Part shown: piece by piece, positions 58,153-64,000 of the stretch
Position numbering within the stretch: the stretch's first letter is position 1
Layout: each line of letters opens with the position of its first letter
From: Candidatus Nomurabacteria bacterium RIFCSPLOWO2_01_FULL_42_17
GTDB taxonomy: Bacteria; Patescibacteriota; Minisyncoccia; Phycocordibacterales; UBA9973
Direction of reading: 5' to 3'
NCBI GenBank assembly: GCA_001785985.1
Contig: MFVE01000008.1
Coordinates: 8,751 to 72,750, forward strand
DNA length: 64,000 bases
Translations under genes and position numbers: made by a program
The notes under the pieces: generated by a model
Told to the model about the DNA's origin: nothing
The model's input: only the letters and a program-made list of their open reading frames with translations
Databases searched by the model: none

Positions 58153-58572
58153 CTAACGCTTGCTCCATTGTGGCGCCTTTCGAGCTTTTTTGAGACCGAA
58201 TTTACGGCGTTCTTTGGCTCTCGGATCGCGTTTTAGAAAACCTAGAGTTTTCAGACCTCCACGTAATTCTGAATCTGTTGATACAAGAGCGCGGGAAAGA
58301 CCATGGCGAATCGCTTCTGCTTGACTGTGAACCCCTCCACCTGAGACATGGACTTCCACACCCCATTTCTTCGTAGAGCCGGTCGGTAATCCTTTTATCA
58401 TTGGATCTAAAATCAAACGACGCTCCCCTTCTGTTTTAAAATATTCTTTAGCATCTTTGCCGTTTACAACAAAACTTGCCTTTGCAGATTCAGAAATGCG
58501 TACTCGCGCAGTAGAAGTTTTGCGTCTTCCTACTGCTTCTATATATTCACCTGTTTTTGTTTCTTTATCCAT
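58153..58572 (-). CDS. rpsI: 30S ribosomal protein S9
   Basis: GRRKTS.ARV, RDPR.KERRK.G.KKARKAPQWSKR. Confidence 0.97.
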   Translation of the reverse strand: MDKETKTGEYIEAVGRRKTSTARVRISESAKASFVVNGKDAKEYFKTEGERRLILDPMIKGLPTGSTKKWGVEVHVSGGGVHSQAEAIRHGLSRALVSTDSELRGGLKTLGFLKRDPRAKERRKFGLKKARKAPQWSKR

Positions 58573-58582
58573 ATTGCTGATC

Positions 58583-58954
58583 TTAATCAGTTATTGTTAA
58601 ATGCTTCATCATTGTCCTGCGCAATTTGTTTGCTGGCAACATCTGCTCAGTGGCCAGCCTGATCAATTCTTTCAATCCTTTTTTCTCGGCTGTTTCGGTA
58701 CCTTTCAAAATACGCAATCCTCCGGGAATACCAGAATATCTGGTATGATAAATACTTTCCAATTTTTTTGCGGTAATGCTAAGCTTGGAAGCATTCACAA
58801 CTTTTACCGGAAACCCAGAATATTTGTTGCGCTCAAAACTAGGCGAGGTCTTGCCCATGAGAGACATAGCCACCTCGCTCGCCACTCGGCCCAAGGTTCT
58901 ACCACTCGCATCTATTGTTTTCTTTTCTTTAATTTTTTTGTTTTCTTTTTTCAT
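58583..58954 (-). CDS. rplM: 50S ribosomal protein L13 (short form)
   Basis: IDASG.TLGR.AS, YSG.PGGL, MLP.NKL. Confidence 0.95.
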   Translation of the reverse strand: MKKENKKIKEKKTIDASGRTLGRVASEVAMSLMGKTSPSFERNKYSGFPVKVVNASKLSITAKKLESIYHTRYSGIPGGLRILKGTETAEKKGLKELIRLATEQMLPANKLRRTMMKHLTITD

Positions 58955-58968
58955 ATTTTTTATTTCCT

Positions 58969-58995
58969 AAGCTACAAGCTAACCAGCTACAAGCT
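58969..58995 (+). repeat. AAGCTAC heptamer repeat, intergenic
   Basis: aagctacaagctaaccagctacaagct. Confidence 0.65.
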
Positions 58996-58997
58996 GT

Positions 58998-59351
58998 TTA
59001 TACAAATTCTATTATTGCCATTTTCGCGCCATCCGACTTTCTCGCCCCTAATTTCAAGACTCGGGTATACCCTCCTTTTCTGTCTGTATATTTCGGCGCG
59101 ATCACATCAAAAAGCTTTTTAACTTCGGGTTTGCGATTGAAAAGTGAAGAAATTACGATTCGACGAGTTGCTGCATCGCCCTTTTTTGCGCTGGTAACCA
59201 ACTTCTCGATAAAAGGTCGCAATTCTTTCGCCTTTGGTTCTGTAGTCCTGATTTTTCCGCGCACGATCAAATTGAGCGCCAAAGAATTTATCAAGGCCTT
59301 CCTGACTTTCCTAACTCTGCCGAATTTTCGTTTGTTATTGCCGTGTCTCAT
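58998..59351 (-). CDS. rplQ: 50S ribosomal protein L17
   Basis: MRH, TT..KAKELR, R.GGYTR, R.SDGA. Confidence 0.97.
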   Translation of the reverse strand: MRHGNNKRKFGRVRKVRKALINSLALNLIVRGKIRTTEPKAKELRPFIEKLVTSAKKGDAATRRIVISSLFNRKPEVKKLFDVIAPKYTDRKGGYTRVLKLGARKSDGAKMAIIEFV

Positions 59352-59352
59352 A

Positions 59353-60339
59353 TTAATCTTTTAAATTCAAGCCGAATTTGCCAAGCACTTTTTTAATCTC
59401 CGAAATTCCTTTTTCTCCAATGCCTTCGACTTCCAAGAGATCCTCTCTCTTCTTTCGAGCGAGCCCGCCTAGAGTGCGGATATTTGCCCCCACCAAAGCG
59501 TTTAGCGTCCTGGTAGAGAGCTCCAAACTGTCAGTCCTAGTCTTCAAGACATCGGCAAAGACTTCACTTTTTTTCGCATCGCCGCCCTCTTCCTTCTCTT
59601 TCGAGGCATTTGCAGTCGTGGCTCCGGTTCCTCCCTCTGTTGGAGCTGGTTCTTTGAAGTCAACGATGGCCTTTAATTGATTGATCATGATAATTATAGA
59701 CTGTGAAAGAGCTTCGCGAGCCGAGAGTGTGCCGTCTGTCTCGATGGAGATTCTTAAACGATTGTGGTTAGTCTTGTCGCCCACACGCATATTTTCAACT
59801 TCATAAGAGACTCGACGAATTGGGGTAAAAATAGCGTCGACAGCGATAGTGCCGACATCCACTTTTTCTTTCTGGAAAACTTCCTTAGAAATAAATCCTA
59901 GCCCCTTCTCTATTTTCATTTCGATATTTAAATTGATTTTTCCGGTAACCTCCACGATATGAAGTTCTGGATTTAAAATCTCTACTTGTCCGCCCGTTTT
60001 TATATCTCCTGCCGTCACTGCCTTTGGGCCTTTGATCGAGAGGGTGACTGTCTGAGGTTCGTCAGAAAGCATTTTGAAACGAGTCTTTTTTAAATTTAAA
60101 ATCATTACAATTACATCTTCTTTGATGCCATCGAGTGTCTGAAACTCGTGGCTGACGCCCTCGATCTTGATCGATGTGACACTGGCGCCAGGAAGTGAAG
60201 AGAGAATAATCCTGCGAAGACTGTTTCCGAGAGTATGACCATACCCCGGATAGAGACCATCTATCTCAAACACTCCTTTATTTCCCTCTTCCACTACGAC
60301 ACGAGGCTTTGAAGGCATAATTATTTTGTATTCGGACAT
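59353..60339 (-). CDS. rpoA: RNA polymerase alpha subunit
   Basis: GYGHTLGNSLRR, HEF, DAIFTP, alpha-CTD. Confidence 0.97.
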   Translation of the reverse strand: MSEYKIIMPSKPRVVVEEGNKGVFEIDGLYPGYGHTLGNSLRRIILSSLPGASVTSIKIEGVSHEFQTLDGIKEDVIVMILNLKKTRFKMLSDEPQTVTLSIKGPKAVTAGDIKTGGQVEILNPELHIVEVTGKINLNIEMKIEKGLGFISKEVFQKEKVDVGTIAVDAIFTPIRRVSYEVENMRVGDKTNHNRLRISIETDGTLSAREALSQSIIIMINQLKAIVDFKEPAPTEGGTGATTANASKEKEEGGDAKKSEVFADVLKTRTDSLELSTRTLNALVGANIRTLGGLARKKREDLLEVEGIGEKGISEIKKVLGKFGLNLKD

Positions 60340-60395
60340 AATTTTAAAAAGTTAGCTTTTAATTTTTCCACCTTTGGCGGAAATAATATTAATAA

Positions 60396-60998
60396 TTATC
60401 TACTATAAAATTCCAACACGGCATTCAGGTCAATAAAGCTTTCTGTATTTTTTGGCTTATCCAAAACTTTACCCTCCATACTGCCGACATCAAAACTAAG
60501 CCAAGCTGGAGGATTGTAATCTTTTATTTTTTCGGCTATGTTACTAAAAATTTTCTTTGCTTTCGACCCTTCGCGTATTTTTATAACATCTCCGGACTTC
60601 AACCCATAGGACGGAATGGTAACTCTCTTGTCATTCACAATAAAATGTCCGTGGGAAACCATTTGCCTAGTAGAACGGCGAGAACTTCCTAGGCCCATTC
60701 GGTAAACTGCATTGTCTAGGCGAGACTCAAGTTCTTCAAAAAGCGTCGTCGCTGTGCCAGAGCCCCTGCTACTAATAGCCTTCTTGACATAGTTTGAGAG
60801 CTGGCGTTCGGTGATGCCGTAAGAAAAGCGTATTTTTTGTTTTTCGATCAGCTGCGCTCCATATTCCGAAGGAGCCTTTGGACGACGCGCATTTGGAGAC
60901 ATCGAAGCAGAGGCAGCTGAAAATTTAGCAGTCTGACATTTGTCGTATACCCCGGGGCCTAATCTTCGGCAAATTTTAAATTTTGGTTTACTTATCAT
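60396..60998 (-). CDS. rpsD: 30S ribosomal protein S4
   Basis: SEYG.QL.EKQ, ESRLDN, VSHGH, EFYSR. Confidence 0.97.
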   Translation of the reverse strand: MISKPKFKICRRLGPGVYDKCQTAKFSAASASMSPNARRPKAPSEYGAQLIEKQKIRFSYGITERQLSNYVKKAISSRGSGTATTLFEELESRLDNAVYRMGLGSSRRSTRQMVSHGHFIVNDKRVTIPSYGLKSGDVIKIREGSKAKKIFSNIAEKIKDYNPPAWLSFDVGSMEGKVLDKPKNTESFIDLNAVLEFYSR

Positions 60999-61004
60999 TG
61001 ATTT

Positions 61005-61038
61005 AGTTGAAAGTTATAAAGTTCATAAAGTTAAAAGT
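61005..61038 (+). repeat. 34-bp inverted repeat, arm downstream of rpsK
   Basis: AGTTGAAAGTTATAAAGTTCATAAAGTTAAAAGT; 32/34 match to the reverse complement of 61486-61519. Confidence 0.85.
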
Positions 61039-61043
61039 GCAAA

Positions 61044-61481
61044 TTAAACCCTGCGAGGTTTTTTTGCTTTCGGTCCGTTGTGAGGCACTGGCGTACTGTC
61101 GGAGATAGAAGTGATCTCAATCCCATGCGCCATGAATGCTCGAATTGCGGGCTCCCGACCAGACCCGACTCCTAAAACCATCACATCCGCATCTTTTACT
61201 CCTAGAATTGCTGCTTTGCTCCCGATCACATCCCCTACCTTCGAAGCCGCAAAAGGAGTTCCCTTTTTTGCCCCTCTAAAACCCAGAGACCCGGCACTGG
61301 ACCAAAACAATGTATTGCCTGCCTTGTCTGCAAAAAGCACTTTGGTATTATTGAAAGTAGCTTCAATCGAAAGAATCCCGGAAATCACTTTCTTTTTGGG
61401 TGTCTTAGGCACAACAACTTTCTTCTCTGCTTCTGTTGTTGCCTCTTCTTTTTTTATTTCTGTTGTTTTTTCTTTTGCCAT
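61044..61481 (-). CDS. rpsK: 30S ribosomal protein S11
   Basis: ATFNNT, WSSAG, KKGTPFAA, PVPHNG. Confidence 0.97.
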   Translation of the reverse strand: MAKEKTTEIKKEEATTEAEKKVVVPKTPKKKVISGILSIEATFNNTKVLFADKAGNTLFWSSAGSLGFRGAKKGTPFAASKVGDVIGSKAAILGVKDADVMVLGVGSGREPAIRAFMAHGIEITSISDSTPVPHNGPKAKKPRRV

Positions 61482-61485
61482 GTCA

Positions 61486-61519
61486 ACTTTTCACTTTATG
61501 AACTTTATAACTTTAAACT
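61486..61519 (-). repeat. 34-bp inverted repeat, arm upstream of rpsK
   Basis: Minus strand AGTTTAAAGTTATAAAGTTCATAAAGTGAAAAGT. Confidence 0.85.
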
Positions 61520-61522
61520 CAT

Positions 61523-61903
61523 CTACGTCTTTGTCTCTTTTCTCTTACCTGATGCCATCGTCTTTCGGACATTGCCCCGAACGGTTCTGGAATTTGTCTT
61601 GGTTCTCTGGCCTCTGACTGGCAATCTCTTCATGTGGCGAATCCCTCGGTAACTTTTAATATCTTTCAATCTTTTAATATTGGCAGATATTTCCCTTTTT
61701 AAATTTCCCTCTATTAAAACACTTTCGATAACCACGCGAATTTTATTCTCTTCATCCAAAGATAGATCTTTCGCTTTTTTGCCGCGATCGATCCCCACCT
61801 GATCTAAAATTTTACGCGCTTTTGGAATGCCAATGCCATAGAGGCAAGTCAAGCCAATCTCAAGTCTCTTTTCATTTGGTACTGTGATTCCTAAAATTCT
61901 CAT
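61523..61903 (-). CDS. rpsM: 30S ribosomal protein S13
   Basis: YGIG, YRG.RH..LPVRGQRTKTNSRT. Confidence 0.97.
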   Translation of the reverse strand: MRILGITVPNEKRLEIGLTCLYGIGIPKARKILDQVGIDRGKKAKDLSLDEENKIRVVIESVLIEGNLKREISANIKRLKDIKSYRGIRHMKRLPVRGQRTKTNSRTVRGNVRKTMASGKRKETKT

Positions 61904-61911
61904 ATTTCTGA

Positions 61912-62022
61912 TTATTGCTTTTGTTTATGCTTTGGATTAGAGCAAGTGATCCGCAGGTGCCGCTCGCGTCTGACCATTTTACAATTATCACAGATTTTTT
62001 TTACTGCTGATCTAATTTTCAT
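61912..62022 (-). CDS. rpmJ: 50S ribosomal protein L36 (not in ORF track)
   Basis: [36 protein letters not shown]. Confidence 0.95.
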   Translation of the reverse strand: MKIRSAVKKICDNCKMVRRERHLRITCSNPKHKQKQ

Positions 62023-62176
62023 AAAATATTTCAAAAATAACTTAAGAATAACTAAAAAAAGAAAAACAAGGAAAAAACCCTTATTTTTCAATCTATTTTC
62101 TTTTTAAAACCGCAGTTAAACGGTAGTCAATATGATACACTATTCCGTAAAAAATTACAAGCCAAATTGACTAAAG

Positions 62177-62452
62177 CTACAACCTTTTGATTATTCTTCC
62201 TTTTCCTCCATAAGAATCAAGCACGACTTCGACCGCATCTCCGATCAAGACCTTGATCCTATGCATACGCATTTTCCCTGAAAGGTAAGCTAAAATTTCC
62301 TGCTCAGTATCTATTTCATTTTTGTCGTCCCCGCCTGCAACGCTTTGCGTAGCATTGCGGGCAGGTATCTTCACTCTAAACAAGGTGCTGGGCAGAGCTT
62401 CGGTGACAATTCCTTTCACCACCGACAATTTTTCATTTTTTTGGTCACTCAT
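62177..62452 (-). CDS. infA: Translation initiation factor IF-1 with insert
   Basis: G.V.EALP...FRV, LAYLSGKMR..RI..L.GD.V, GRI; 91 aa versus the usual ~72. Confidence 0.95.
   Translation of the reverse strand: MSDQKNEKLSVVKGIVTEALPSTLFRVKIPARNATQSVAGGDDKNEIDTEQEILAYLSGKMRMHRIKVLIGDAVEVVLDSYGGKGRIIKRL
62330..62365 (-). repeat. Family A mini-palindrome, in frame in infA (36 nt)
   Basis: CCTGCCCGCAATGCTACGCAAAGCGTTGCAGGCGGG = PARNATQSVAGG. Confidence 0.92.
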
Positions 62453-62517
62453 GTATTGGTGTAACTATAATAAAATTATAAACTTGTGTCAAATTTAGAT
62501 CCGAAGAAAAATATAAA

Positions 62518-63795
62518 TTATTTGGGATAATTTATGATCAATTTTATGTCTTTGGTTTGCTCCGGCAGAGATATTTTCCAGAAAGGACTGATCGTCAAAT
62601 CAGCAGACTCAATATTGGGATATTGAGCTAATAACTGCCTGAAATCCTTTTTTGATTTACCCAAGAGGTCGGAGAGGAACTTGCCTTCATCCAACTTCCA
62701 GACTATTCTGGTAGCGCCCTTTAAATTAAAATTAATATTTTTCACATCTGCAAATGAAGCATTGTCTTTACCTAGGAGAGCAAAAGACAGATCTCTGATA
62801 TTTGATATGTATACGGGACTGCCATCGAAATCCTTGATTTTATTTTCCGCAATTTTTTTCGTTAACTTACCCTCATCAAAGAGCAAACCATAGAGGGTGC
62901 CTTTCACTTTAATCGGAAACTTTCCATCCTCGGAAGGCAAGGAGGGGGCAGGAAGATCGAGCTCATCCTCTTCTATATCGAGATAAGTCGAGCCTTTGAA
63001 TAAAATAAGTCCGCTTGGAATCTGGCTAGTGGCTTTTTGGAAAAGCCGGAACTGAAGAATATTTTTTAGGTCATTCCGAGCAATTTTCTTCTCTTCATCG
63101 GAGATAACAGGCGTCTTGCCTTTGAATCCACCAGCAATAGGACCCTTCGATCTGGCATAAAACTTAGAATATTTAGGGGTCCCTTTAAACCCAAAAATCG
63201 TGAAGTCGAGCGGATCACTATTATATTCGGCGCCAGCATTTGCTCCATAGATGCCTACCTCGACGGAACCGGGAACATTGCCTTGCATGCCGGGCACGAC
63301 TACTTGCCTCTCGGTTTTATAAATTTTGCCATTTGAACCTTCGAGTCTGGTATCTATATCCAATCGCTGGGTCTTTGAACTGAAAGCATTGTAGATCAAG
63401 ACTCTACCCCGAGCGCTCAAAGAAACGTCTTTTTGCCCCGTCGCCTGCACTATTTTCTCCTCTTCTCCTGGAATCGCAATCAGATGAAAAGGCAGAGCAT
63501 CCGTCGTGACGGCATCCAGACTCGCAGATAAATCCTGATTCAAAGTTACGGCCTGCACTTTTGGATTGACTTTAACCACTACTTTTAAAAACATAAAAGA
63601 AAGCGCGAAGAGAAAAAAAATGATAGAGATGATAGCTACACCCCAGAGCATATATCTGTGCCTGTCCTTGGGAGCAGAATGAGCAGGTGGATTTGGCTCT
63701 TTTGGGATAGGGTCTGAAGTAAAACCCGCAGACTTATTCGGCCTTATTCTTTGGCGTTTTACTTTTACCATATCTTGAAATAAATTTTTGGGCAT
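62518..63795 (-). CDS. Membrane-anchored hypothetical protein
   Basis: 425-aa ORF, single TM, large beta-rich extracellular region. Confidence 0.7.
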   Translation of the reverse strand: MPKNLFQDMVKVKRQRIRPNKSAGFTSDPIPKEPNPPAHSAPKDRHRYMLWGVAIISIIFFLFALSFMFLKVVVKVNPKVQAVTLNQDLSASLDAVTTDALPFHLIAIPGEEEKIVQATGQKDVSLSARGRVLIYNAFSSKTQRLDIDTRLEGSNGKIYKTERQVVVPGMQGNVPGSVEVGIYGANAGAEYNSDPLDFTIFGFKGTPKYSKFYARSKGPIAGGFKGKTPVISDEEKKIARNDLKNILQFRLFQKATSQIPSGLILFKGSTYLDIEEDELDLPAPSLPSEDGKFPIKVKGTLYGLLFDEGKLTKKIAENKIKDFDGSPVYISNIRDLSFALLGKDNASFADVKNINFNLKGATRIVWKLDEGKFLSDLLGKSKKDFRQLLAQYPNIESADLTISPFWKISLPEQTKDIKLIINYPK

Positions 63796-63797
63796 AA

Positions 63798-64000
63798 TTA
63801 TGTTCGAATTAAAAATCTATTAACGTAAATGGAACTAATGATCAAAAATGGATCCCGGACTATATCTTCCTCAAACTTTGCCAAACCATGAAAAACTTTT
63901 GGACCTAAAAAGACGACTTCAAATTTTGATTCGGTCAGAGTATATTGGTTAAACTGTTCATTTTTAATTATCTCCGAAAAAAAATCGGCCAAATCTTTGT
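63798..64000 (-). CDS. Hypothetical protein, C-terminal part (partial)
   Basis: Open frame running to the window edge, stop 2 nt before the next gene. Confidence 0.55.
   Translation of the reverse strand, partial: KDLADFFSEIIKNEQFNQYTLTESKFEVVFLGPKVFHGLAKFEEDIVRDPFLIISSIYVNRFLIRT

Noticed and set aside
59621-59646. GCTCC...GGAGC hairpin in the rpoA linker (APTEGGTGA) as another insert
   Set aside because: Short stem, single copy, and the alpha linker is naturally variable
63719-63747. REP-like sequence in the N-terminus of the 425-aa gene (RPNKSAGFT)
   Set aside because: Pairing is weak and no second copy was found in the window

Overview
This AT-rich window looks like a Candidate Phyla Radiation (Patescibacteria, probably Parcubacteria) chromosome. 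That assignment is inferred from the archaeal-type AspRS, CPR-typical Cys-rich proteins, VirD4-like ATPases, a PaaX-like gene and very compact spacing. Core content: a purine cluster (purD end, purA, guaB, guaA, purH, purE, purM, purC, purB), cell-wall genes (pbp2, murG, ftsW, mraY), scpAB, pepN, a rib cluster, tRNA synthetases, dnaB/recR, an interrupted grpE-dnaK-dnaJ region and the infA-rpmJ-alpha-rplM-rpsI ribosomal block. No rRNA, tRNA or CRISPR array was seen. Two things stand out. (1) A mini-palindrome mobile system: two REP-associated HUH/Y1 transposases each have a private 19-21-bp palindrome placed against their -10 box, inside their own ORF at the same protein position, and downstream. 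Several families of 30-42-nt GC-rich hairpins also sit in frame inside essential proteins (IF-1, GrpE, ScpB, PurH, CysRS), and ~70-nt TIR elements supply start codons. (2) A complete tryptophan-sensing cassette (TrpR, CTAG operator, Trp-Trp leader peptide, antiterminator/terminator) whose only apparent target is a 71-aa Zn-ribbon protein rather than trp biosynthesis genes. Many core genes appear leaderless.
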